DNA of 64,000 bases from an uncultured Phycisphaerales bacterium. Lineage in GTDB: Bacteria; Planctomycetota; Phycisphaerae; Tepidisphaerales; Tepidisphaeraceae. The translations under genes were made by a program, and so were the position numbers. Position 1 is the first letter of the stretch. Each line of letters begins with the position of its first letter. The stretch lies in the NCBI GenBank assembly GCA_963758525.1, contig CAVWVQ010000003.1:3744001-3808000 (forward strand), read 5' to 3'. Of the stretch, positions 50,566 to 59,169 are shown in pieces. Below the pieces are notes generated by a model. That model did no database searches. It was not told the origin of the DNA and saw nothing but the letters and a program-made list of their open reading frames with translations.

Positions 50566-52107
50566 TCACTTCGCTTGGGCGGGCTTGAGGTTGGAGGGGA
50601 CGTTGGTCAGATGATCCCCGCTGATCTTCAGAGCGGCGCTCAGTTCGGATACCTTCGTTGCCGGCAACTGCACAGTCAAAGCGTCGGCGGTTTGCTTCCA
50701 TTCCACTTTGCCATCAAATCCGAGAACGGTCACAGCGGTGATGTGATTGACATCCTGCCCCTCCGGTTTAGCCAGCGAATGGACCACCATCTGCCCGTTT
50801 TCCGGCCAGCCCAGGGAGATGGCGTACAGAGTGTCTCCCTTGGTCGTGAACCGGATTTCGCGAGAGTCATACTTGAAGTCCTCGTGAAACTTCCCGCCCT
50901 TCACGTGGACCGTGCCTTCGCCGTACACCAGCCATGGCCGCGATCCGAAGATCGCTTCGCCGTAAATGGCGCTCCAGTCAGCCAGCTGACCCAGCATGGT
51001 TTCCACCTCCGGGTCCAGCGAGCCATCGGGACGCAATTGGACGTTCAGGAGGAGATTGCCGTTCTTGCTGACGTTGTCGACGAGCGTGTCGACGATCCAA
51101 CTCACCGGCCGCACTTTCCAGTGACGATTGTAAAACCAGTCTCCAATGGACGTATCGGTTTGCCATGGATACGGATCGATCTTCGGCATGATCCCGCGCT
51201 CCAGGTCCTCAACCCATCGGCCATCAGATGGCTCCTTGCAGTTGTAAACCGCTTCGCACCTGCCGTTGTGGAGCGCCGCGTTGGTGTTGTAGAAATGCGC
51301 GATCATGCTCAGGCCGACTTCGTTATTGAACGGGACCGGGCCGTCGGAATAGAGCAGGTCGGGATGGTAGTTGTCGACCAGTTCCTTGATCTCGTTGTAC
51401 CACTGGTGCTGCCATTTCGGATTGTTGCTGTACCAGCCCTTGTCGCCCGGTTCCGCGGGGAAGTGGTATAAGTCTTCATACTTCGGATCCGCTCCATCGT
51501 ACGGGATCCCCTTCTTGGGGCCCGATTTGTCCGAGCCATGGCTTCCCTGGAACCAGGTGAAGCTGGCTCCCAGATGCTCGGAAACGCCAAACTTCATTCC
51601 GTATTTTGTCGCTGCTTTCTGCCACTCGCCCACCACATCGCGATGCGGTCCCATGTTCACCGCGTTCCACGGGTTCAGCTTGGAATTCCACATGAAAAAA
51701 TTGTCGTGATGCGAGCCCATGCTCACGAAATATTTGGCTCCCGCTTTTTGATACAACGACATCAGGTGATCGGGATCCCACTTCTCGGCCTTCCAGAGCG
51801 GGATGATGTCCTTGTAGCCGAAGACCGACGGATGACCGTAGTGCTCGACGTGATACTTGTAGTCCGCGCTTCCCTGCTCATACATCTTGCGCGCGTACCA
51901 GTCCCCCTCCATTGGAACCGCCTGCGGGCCCCAATGAGCCCAGATGCCGAACTTGGCATCACGAAACCAGTCGGGACATTGATATTGCTTGAGCGACTCC
52001 CGATTCCCTTTGAACGGGCCGTCGGCGATGGGAAGATCGTCGGCCTTGAGGGATGCACTCATTAACGCCGCCAAGGTCAATATCGCGGGTAGCAGAAGTT
52101 TATCCAT
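50566..52107 (-). CDS. Alpha-L-fucosidase (GH29), secreted
   Basis: WFRDAKFGIWAHWG, HHDNF, WQTDTSIGDW, VSKNGNLLLNV; signal peptide. Confidence 0.88.
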   Translation of the reverse strand: MDKLLLPAILTLAALMSASLKADDLPIADGPFKGNRESLKQYQCPDWFRDAKFGIWAHWGPQAVPMEGDWYARKMYEQGSADYKYHVEHYGHPSVFGYKDIIPLWKAEKWDPDHLMSLYQKAGAKYFVSMGSHHDNFFMWNSKLNPWNAVNMGPHRDVVGEWQKAATKYGMKFGVSEHLGASFTWFQGSHGSDKSGPKKGIPYDGADPKYEDLYHFPAEPGDKGWYSNNPKWQHQWYNEIKELVDNYHPDLLYSDGPVPFNNEVGLSMIAHFYNTNAALHNGRCEAVYNCKEPSDGRWVEDLERGIMPKIDPYPWQTDTSIGDWFYNRHWKVRPVSWIVDTLVDNVSKNGNLLLNVQLRPDGSLDPEVETMLGQLADWSAIYGEAIFGSRPWLVYGEGTVHVKGGKFHEDFKYDSREIRFTTKGDTLYAISLGWPENGQMVVHSLAKPEGQDVNHITAVTVLGFDGKVEWKQTADALTVQLPATKVSELSAALKISGDHLTNVPSNLKPAQAK

Positions 52108-52249
52108 GATGCTCGGTTCCTGTCTTTGAACATAGAAAGGTCGATCGCACCGCCCCGGCCCCAAGAGGACGCCGGGCGGGAAATGACTCAGGGACTCAAC
52201 GTTCTTCCATTTTAACACCAGCCGAGGGTGAAAACGCAAACGTTCATGC

Positions 52250-53269
52250 CTAAAGGTCAGTCCTCACTCGCAGATAACTCGGAAACCGCGGGACGCCGCC
52301 TTCGGATAGTTCCTGGTAGCGAAAAGCAATCGTCGAGCCGATGGCAGGGGGGCTTTCCCGTTCCTTGTCGCTGAAGCCCGTTCCCACGGCGAACTCGGTG
52401 CCGTCCGGCAAGCGCACCAGCAGCGCGCCCAAACGTCCTTTATGCCTGCCCGCCCCGGCCTGATGCCCGGTCACGAGCGCATCGGCATCCTTGAAGCTCT
52501 TCACCTTCAGCAGCGTGGATGAACGACCGGCTTGATATGTCGAGGCGGGCTGACGCAGCATGAGACCTTCGCCTCCCAGGGATTCAACACGCGTCAATTC
52601 CTGCCGCAGGCTCGCGATGTCGCGGCACAACTGATGCGGATGCAACCCGGCAAACTTGCAGCTTCGGTCCGCAAACATCCGTTTCAGAAATTCCATGCGC
52701 GCTTCAAAGCCGCCAGCGACGGCGGGGGCGTCAAACACGAGATAGCGAACTTCCTTCCAGAGGTCGCTTTTGTCCTGCCGACGAACGATGCTGACGGTGC
52801 GCTGGAATTTTTTGCGATCGATCCAGAGTTCGCCATCAAGAGGGGTCTTCCCAAGGCCGGCCACGAACCAGTCCGGCGCGTGGTAGACGTTTCCCTGGCG
52901 GGAAAGAAACTGCTTGCCGTCCCAGTAGGCGCGCACTCCATCGAGCTTCTCGCTCATCCACCAGCCGGAAAGGTCGGCGGCGTTGTCCCAGCTTTCTGCC
53001 AGCAGAAGCGGGGGGCCGGCGCCCGCTTCACTGCCATCGGCGGAAGCTTTCACCGGTCGTTGCGGCAGCACGCCGCCAATGCGCGTGGTTTCGGCTGCAT
53101 CGCCACGAAGTTTGCGGAGGTGCTTGCAGGTTCTGCGTTCGATCGCAATCGATTGATTGCGCCACGCCGGACACGAGCATGAGAATACGCCGCCGGTGTT
53201 TTTGAGGACGTATGGCTTGGCGCCCGATCCTTGCATTTCGAATGTCTCGCCATCGTTGAGGTCGGCCAT
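52250..53269 (-). CDS. ATP-dependent DNA ligase (minimal type) with N-terminal SWIM zinc finger
   Basis: SCSCPAW...CKHL; SEKLDGVRA, DGELW, EGLMLR, LLKVK, PRFP. Confidence 0.88.
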   Translation of the reverse strand: MADLNDGETFEMQGSGAKPYVLKNTGGVFSCSCPAWRNQSIAIERRTCKHLRKLRGDAAETTRIGGVLPQRPVKASADGSEAGAGPPLLLAESWDNAADLSGWWMSEKLDGVRAYWDGKQFLSRQGNVYHAPDWFVAGLGKTPLDGELWIDRKKFQRTVSIVRRQDKSDLWKEVRYLVFDAPAVAGGFEARMEFLKRMFADRSCKFAGLHPHQLCRDIASLRQELTRVESLGGEGLMLRQPASTYQAGRSSTLLKVKSFKDADALVTGHQAGAGRHKGRLGALLVRLPDGTEFAVGTGFSDKERESPPAIGSTIAFRYQELSEGGVPRFPSYLRVRTDL

Positions 53270-53455
53270 GAAGTCACTCGTGTTTGAGAAATGCAGACTG
53301 CTTGATGGTCACACCCCGGCCTATCTTGCAACGTGAACTCTCGATTGTCATCTCGCGGATCATTCCTGTGGCGAATCGAATAAGAATGTTGAGCGAAAAG
53401 CTCCGGTGCGATACACTGGTCTGGGGGCGCCGCGGGCATTGTCCGGGGGACGCGC

Positions 53456-54655
53456 ATGAAGAAATGGGACAGGCAGACAATTCTTGCTGAACTTCTGCGG
53501 CGCCATCAGCGCGGCAAGGACCTCTCACAGACCGGCATTCGCGACGATCCGATTTTCTCCGCCTGCTTCCGTCATTTCGGGTCATATCGCAAGGCCGTCG
53601 AACTTGCCGGCATCGACTACGAAACGGTGTGGCGACGTCGCATCACCAAGTGGAACTGCGAGTCGATTAAACGAGAATTGAAGCAGCGAAAGCGGCGCGG
53701 CGAGGACCTCTGGTCGCGCGGTCTGCGGGTGACCGAGGCGCCGCTGCACTCCGCCGCGGTTCACTGGTTCGGATCCTATCGAGCCGCTGTCGAAGCGGCC
53801 GGGATCGACTATGGCAAGGTCTGCCACTGCGTCCCCAACACCTGGACCTGCGAAACGGTTGTCGCCGAAATCAAGCGTCTGCATCGAAAGGGCCGTCCCA
53901 TCCATCATGCCCGCCTCGAGCGGGCGGAGCCGCGGTTGGTGGTGGCGATGTACCGGTGCTTCGGCTCGTTCCGCAAAGCGATTGAGGCGGCGGGGATCGA
54001 CTACTCAAAAGTGATGGTTCGCCCGGCGCGCACCTGGTTTAAGCCGCGCGTCATTCGGGAAATGCGGCAGCTTCACCGGCAAAAAAAGGGGATGTGGAAT
54101 CGAGCGCTGCGGCGCAATTCGCCCTATCTTTTACGCGCTGCCAAGCAATTGTTCGGCAGTGTGCCGCGCGCTCTCAAGGCCGCGGGCGTGCCTCTTTCGG
54201 CAACGATTGCCCCAAAGCGCCAGCGGCGGCCCCTGCTCGAAAAATCCGCCATTCTCGCGCGAATTCGCGTGCTGGACGGCGCCGGCGCCGATCTGCGCGC
54301 CGTCGCCCTGATCCGCTCCGAGCGTCATCTCTATCAATCTCTTTTGCGCCGTTTCGGCAGCCACAAGTCGGCTCTCCTTGCCGCCGGAGCCCTCTACCCG
54401 CCGAAGCGTCCGCTTCGCCATTGGACCTGGCCGATCGTGCTCAAGGAACTCCGCGCGGCGCATCGGGAAGGCAAGGATCTACGTCATTCATCAATGCAGA
54501 AATCCCGCCGCCCGCTGTTCGACGCCGCGAAATATTACTTCGGCTCGTATGTCAACGCCGTCGCGGAAGCCGGCATTGATTACGACAAGATGGTCCAAAA
54601 GCAGTTGAAAGTTCGCCGCAAGACGGCATTGCCGCGGGCTGGAACCGCGCGATAG
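53456..54655 (+). CDS. Basic protein of six ~63-aa tandem repeats (homing-endonuclease-associated repeat-like)
   Basis: Six copies of W...I..E....G..........L......FGS...A..AAG. Confidence 0.8.
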   Translation: MKKWDRQTILAELLRRHQRGKDLSQTGIRDDPIFSACFRHFGSYRKAVELAGIDYETVWRRRITKWNCESIKRELKQRKRRGEDLWSRGLRVTEAPLHSAAVHWFGSYRAAVEAAGIDYGKVCHCVPNTWTCETVVAEIKRLHRKGRPIHHARLERAEPRLVVAMYRCFGSFRKAIEAAGIDYSKVMVRPARTWFKPRVIREMRQLHRQKKGMWNRALRRNSPYLLRAAKQLFGSVPRALKAAGVPLSATIAPKRQRRPLLEKSAILARIRVLDGAGADLRAVALIRSERHLYQSLLRRFGSHKSALLAAGALYPPKRPLRHWTWPIVLKELRAAHREGKDLRHSSMQKSRRPLFDAAKYYFGSYVNAVAEAGIDYDKMVQKQLKVRRKTALPRAGTAR

Positions 54656-54709
54656 GCCGAGCCTGCGAGTAAATGTACAGCAATATTCACTGCTTCCCCC
54701 CGGGCGCCA

Positions 54710-56740
54710 CTAAGAGAAGAGACCCCAGCCGCTGCGTTCGCTTTGACAATCAACTGCGGCGCCGCGCCGCGCCATCATCGCAGGGAAAACCGTCAGCAAG
54801 ACCAGCGCGGCCGATCCCGGCTCGGGAGCGGGGGTATATGTGAGCTGCAGATCCTGGCCGTTGCCCGTGCCGGCAATCAGGTCCAGCGTAAAGTAACGCG
54901 TCGGAATGACGCTGCCGTTGACCGTGAACTCGGAAGTGTCCAGCGCGAAGAGCCCGCTGAGCGACCCCGCCGACGCTCCGAAAAGCTCCGTGGAGTTGGG
55001 GTAGGTCGCCCCGTCGATGGTGACGCTCCCCGCCGACTCGGCGATGATCCAGCTCTGTTTTGGCTGGCCGCTGACATTCGCGGCGGTTCCGAGGTTCGAG
55101 CCGTTAAAGCTTTCGAGGGCGATGGTGAAGGGTGACGTGGTCAGACCCGTAAACGTCAGGGAACTCATCGTCACATCGTCCCAGCCGATTGACGTTCCGA
55201 TCGTGCCGTGGGCATTATTGATTTTCCACACATACTCCGCGCCACCGCTCCACGAATGCGTGCCCGTCGTGATCAGCTTGCCCGGCGTGGAACTGGTCGA
55301 GCCGGCGGTGATGATTCCGTTGGTCAGGACGACGGGGCCGGCGATTGTCCCATTGCCGCCGAGCGTGCCGCCATTCACCGTAACCGTTCCGGAGCCAGTG
55401 GCAGAACCGGCGCCGGACGAAAAGCCGTTGTTCGCGCGAAGCGTTCCGGAGGTGATGACAGTTCCTCCGCCATACGTGTTGGGGGAGTTGAAATTGACGA
55501 TTCCCTGCCCGGCCAGCACAACCGCGGCAGTGGTTCCGCCGATGCCGACGCTGCCCGAGGAATTACTCAGGGTGTAGGTGACGCTGCTGTTAATAAACGT
55601 GGCCACCGCGGGGCTGACTCCCGCGGCTTGAATCACCACGTTTCCCGTTGCAACGGCGTTTCCATTCGCGTCAGTGTCTCCGAAGAGCGCCTGGTCGCCG
55701 TCGGCATACATGGCGCTGCTGAAATTCGCATTGCCGCCCGTATGCCAGGTCGCGTCCTGCGTCATTGAGTTGCCGACGAAGCCGCTGAACGAAAGTGAAG
55801 TCACGTTGTTGTAGCCGAGCACGTCCATCGCTTCGTAATCAACCGCCGACACGACATTTTCGACGCTGGGAAAGTCGAAGGCGTTGAAAGAATCATTCGT
55901 TCCGGATGCCCAATCCTGGGGATCGCTGCCGTTGCCGTTGGGAAAATTGAAGTTCTTGAGATTGGTCTTTCCATTGTCGACTGAGAAGTAGACGTTGTTG
56001 TCATTGATACTGAGGCTGCGGACGCCCGGCGCCGTGAATCGGCTCAGATCGTAGGGCAGATACGATGAGGTGCCGCCGAGATTCACGCCCAATCCCGGAA
56101 TGCGGCCCATGATCTCCGTCAACTCGTGACTGGCCAAGCCGATGAAGTCAAACTCGCCGTTGACGGCGCGGTTGTTGGGATCGTACGTGTAGCTGTAGTT
56201 GCCGTTATAGGTAAAAGTTCCGTCGGTGCCGCTGCTATTGGCCGAGAGAAGTCCCAAGGCCTTTGCTTCGGAGTTGGCGACGACAAAGGCCGATCCGCTG
56301 GGGGTTGGGTCCGCTCCCATGGCCGCGAGCGATGAAATATCCGCGCCGGTGGTCGCATGCGTCGCCAACGCAGTTTTTACCTGGGCATACGTGTAATACC
56401 CTTGCAGGTAGGTGGTGCTCTGGCCAAGCGAAATGTTGGGGGACGCCGCGACAGTGATATTGAGCGTGATCGGATTGTTGTATTGTGTGGTGAACTGCTG
56501 CGCCGCATAACTGAACGCAGCCTGAACGTTGGCTAACTGAGCGGAGGGTATGCTGGAATCGTACGTCGGAACGATCGTCAGCCCGCTTGCAGGCAAGGTC
56601 AGAGCGAGGCCCACGCCGGCAGCCGCCGACGCTGCCATTCGCATCCGCCAGCGCCCATCGCGGCAACGCGCCGCCGGCAATGCGTCTTTCCGGCGCACCG
56701 CTAACACGATTGAATTGCCGCCGGCCGAGGCAGAAGTCAT
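54710..56740 (-). CDS. NF038122-like metalloprotease with autotransporter-type beta repeat and PEP-CTERM (start uncertain)
   Basis: HELTEIMGR, NTYGGGTVITSGTL, PAPEPGSAALVLL...RR. Confidence 0.75.
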   Translation of the reverse strand: MTSASAGGNSIVLAVRRKDALPAARCRDGRWRMRMAASAAAGVGLALTLPASGLTIVPTYDSSIPSAQLANVQAAFSYAAQQFTTQYNNPITLNITVAASPNISLGQSTTYLQGYYTYAQVKTALATHATTGADISSLAAMGADPTPSGSAFVVANSEAKALGLLSANSSGTDGTFTYNGNYSYTYDPNNRAVNGEFDFIGLASHELTEIMGRIPGLGVNLGGTSSYLPYDLSRFTAPGVRSLSINDNNVYFSVDNGKTNLKNFNFPNGNGSDPQDWASGTNDSFNAFDFPSVENVVSAVDYEAMDVLGYNNVTSLSFSGFVGNSMTQDATWHTGGNANFSSAMYADGDQALFGDTDANGNAVATGNVVIQAAGVSPAVATFINSSVTYTLSNSSGSVGIGGTTAAVVLAGQGIVNFNSPNTYGGGTVITSGTLRANNGFSSGAGSATGSGTVTVNGGTLGGNGTIAGPVVLTNGIITAGSTSSTPGKLITTGTHSWSGGAEYVWKINNAHGTIGTSIGWDDVTMSSLTFTGLTTSPFTIALESFNGSNLGTAANVSGQPKQSWIIAESAGSVTIDGATYPNSTELFGASAGSLSGLFALDTSEFTVNGSVIPTRYFTLDLIAGTGNGQDLQLTYTPAPEPGSAALVLLTVFPAMMARRGAAVDCQSERSGWGLFS

Positions 56741-56848
56741 GATCCGATCCGGGAAGATCAATCCCGCCATCACCTATTTTGCCAGAAAGCAACGTCATCT
56801 GCAAAAATCTTTTGCCGCGACGTGCGTCAATTTCCGGGGAACCGTCCG

Positions 56849-57719
56849 ATGGCCGGCGATCGCGATTCGCACTACATCGATTTGTGTCTGCCTTGTGGCC
56901 GGACTTTTTTCCACCGGCTGCACTGGCTTCGACGTGCTGAACGCGCCGATTTCTGCTGCCGGCTATTGCCTTCATGCTGATCTCCCATACGGCCCCATCG
57001 CCCGGCAAAAGCTGGATGTCTACGTTCCAAGGCACGCCGTGCCCGACGCCCGTGTCGTGATTTTCTTCTACGGGGGCGAATGGCAGGCGGGCCAGAAGCG
57101 CGATTACCGCTTCGCCGGCGAGGCGCTGACGAGCAGAGGGTTCATCGCGGTGCTGCCGGACTATCGTCTGTATCCCCAGACGAGCTTCCCCGGTTTTGTG
57201 GAAGATGCGGCATCAGCCGTTCGCTGGGTTCATGACAACATTTCGCGATTTGGAGGCGATCCATCGCACATTTATTTGATGGGTCATTCGGCCGGCGCGC
57301 ACATTGTTGCGCTGCTGACGCTGGACCCTCGCTACCTGAGAGAAGTTGGCCTCAGCCGCCATCTGATCCGCGCGACCGCGGCGTTGTCCGGCCCGTACGA
57401 TTTCCAACCGTTTCGCGACGATTTCCCCGTTTTCAACATGAAGCCCGAGGACAGAGCGCCGCCGCCCGACATCGAGCCAATCAATTTCGTCGACGGTCAG
57501 GCTTCGCCGATGCTCCTGCTGCAAGGGGGCAAAGACACACTGGTGGATCCCCGGAATGCGACCGAACTGCAAGCGAAGATCTGCAAAGCCGGCGGATGCG
57601 CGAAAGTAATCGTCTACCCCGATCGCGCCCACGAAGGAATGGTCATCGCGCTGGCCGCCCCCTGGCGCTGGCTTGCCCCCGTCCTCAACGATGCAACCAA
57701 GTTTTTTCGGGAACACTAA
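56849..57719 (+). CDS. Alpha/beta hydrolase esterase, probable lipoprotein (start uncertain)
   Basis: LDVY, FFYGGEW, DYRLYP, GHSAG, LSGPYDF; LFSTGC lipobox-like. Confidence 0.82.
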
Positions 57720-57729
57720 AGCGCCCCAG

Positions 57730-57831
57730 GTTAGCCGCGACGCGCAGCGGAGCGAGTATTCATGCCAGTTGCGCTGGGTGACACTGCGCTGTTTCTCGTC
57801 GAATACGCGCTCCGCTGCGCGTCGCGGCTAA
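57730..57831. repeat. Inverted REP-like pair between convergent genes
   Basis: gttagccgcgacgcgcagcggagcg ... cgctccgctgcgcgtcgcggctaac. Confidence 0.8.
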
Positions 57832-57876
57832 CCACAATACCGTACGGTATTGCGGCTAACTTGCGACGAAAAAGAG

Positions 57877-58410
57877 CTAGGTTGCGTCCGCGAGCCGGGC
57901 GTCGATCGCCGCGACAAGGTCTTCGAATTCGAACGATCCGTCGTGGCGATGACCGTTGATGAAAAACGTCGGCGTGCCGTTCACCCCGCTGCGCACGCCG
58001 CCCATGAAGTCATCTTTGACTCGCCCGGTAAAGGCGCCCTGCGACAATGCCGCCGCCAGATCGTCCGCGGGGAGTCCAAGCTCTTCCGCGAGCTCGAGAA
58101 AGAGCGGCTCTCCCAGCGACTCCTGGTTCTCGAAGAGCGCGTCGTGCATTTCCCAGAAGCGGCTCTGAGTTGCCGCGAATTCCGCGGTCTCCGCGGCGCC
58201 TTCGGCATTGGGGTGGATTTGATTCAACGGGAAGTTGCGGAACACAAATGCGAGCCGTTTGCCGAAATGCTTCTGCACGCGCTTCACCATGGGGTGGGCA
58301 TGGGCGCAGTGCGGACATTCGTAGTCGCCGTATTCAACGAGCATCGCCGGCGCGCGTTCATCGCCGGCAATGTGGTCCTTTGCGGTAACGGCGGTTTTCA
58401 ACGTTGCCAT
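57877..58410 (-). CDS. DsbA/thioredoxin-4 family protein
   Basis: EYGDYECPHC, FRNFPL, FWEMH, GTPTFFING. Confidence 0.88.
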   Translation of the reverse strand: MATLKTAVTAKDHIAGDERAPAMLVEYGDYECPHCAHAHPMVKRVQKHFGKRLAFVFRNFPLNQIHPNAEGAAETAEFAATQSRFWEMHDALFENQESLGEPLFLELAEELGLPADDLAAALSQGAFTGRVKDDFMGGVRSGVNGTPTFFINGHRHDGSFEFEDLVAAIDARLADAT

Positions 58411-58418
58411 GGCTGCTC

Positions 58419-58889
58419 CTATTGCTTTGCAAGATCCTCCAGCGCCTGGAGAATGCCATCGGCGCCGGGGTTGACGCCCATCGGCGAAAGATAACTCCAG
58501 AAAATCTTCCCTTTCCCGTCGATCACAAACAGGGCGCGCTCGGCGACGCCGTCCTCCTGGCGATAGGCCCCGTACTGTTTGGAGACCTGGCCCTTGGGCT
58601 CAAAATCCGCCAGCAGGGGGAAATGAAGATGCCGATCCTTCGCGAACTGCGCGTGGCACCAGACGCCGTCGACGGAAATGCCAACGAGTTCCGCGTGATG
58701 CTTGGAAAATTCAGAGAGGAGTTCGTTGTAAAGCCCCATCTGATCGCCGCAGACCGGACTCCAGTCGGCAGGATAGAACGCCAGAATCACCGGCCGACCG
58801 CGCAGCTCAGCGAGCGAGAGCTTTTGATCGGGAGTGACGTGAAGGGTGAAATCGGGAGCAATTGCTCCAGGTTCTAACAAATGGGCCAT
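58419..58889 (-). CDS. Peroxiredoxin/redoxin (AhpC-TSA family)
   Basis: APDFTL, FYPADWSPVC, GISVD, ERALFVID. Confidence 0.88.
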   Translation of the reverse strand: MAHLLEPGAIAPDFTLHVTPDQKLSLAELRGRPVILAFYPADWSPVCGDQMGLYNELLSEFSKHHAELVGISVDGVWCHAQFAKDRHLHFPLLADFEPKGQVSKQYGAYRQEDGVAERALFVIDGKGKIFWSYLSPMGVNPGADGILQALEDLAKQ

Positions 58890-59037
58890 CCCTCACCGTA
58901 CCCTTTCGGAGTTTGGCGCTGAGTTCCGTGCGGCCGCGAGATATCTCGCGGCAATCTTAGGCTCTCTGGGAACAGATGGCGCGTCGCTCGCGACGGGGCT
59001 GCCGCTCGCGGTCCGAAGCTACAAGTGACGCATTTAC

Positions 59038-59092
59038 GTAGCACAGCCGTCTCGGCTGCGGCCCGAAATCACAGTCGAGACGGCTGTGCTAC
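59038..59092. repeat. Inverted GTAG-type REP pair
   Basis: gtagcacagccgtctcggctg ... cagtcgagacggctgtgctac. Confidence 0.8.
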
Positions 59093-59169
59093 GGGGGAAT
59101 CGCCCTGCGGCCGCTTTGAATTTATCTGAGAAAGGTTATTCGTAAGCGGGTCCTCAGGTGAGCCGTGGT

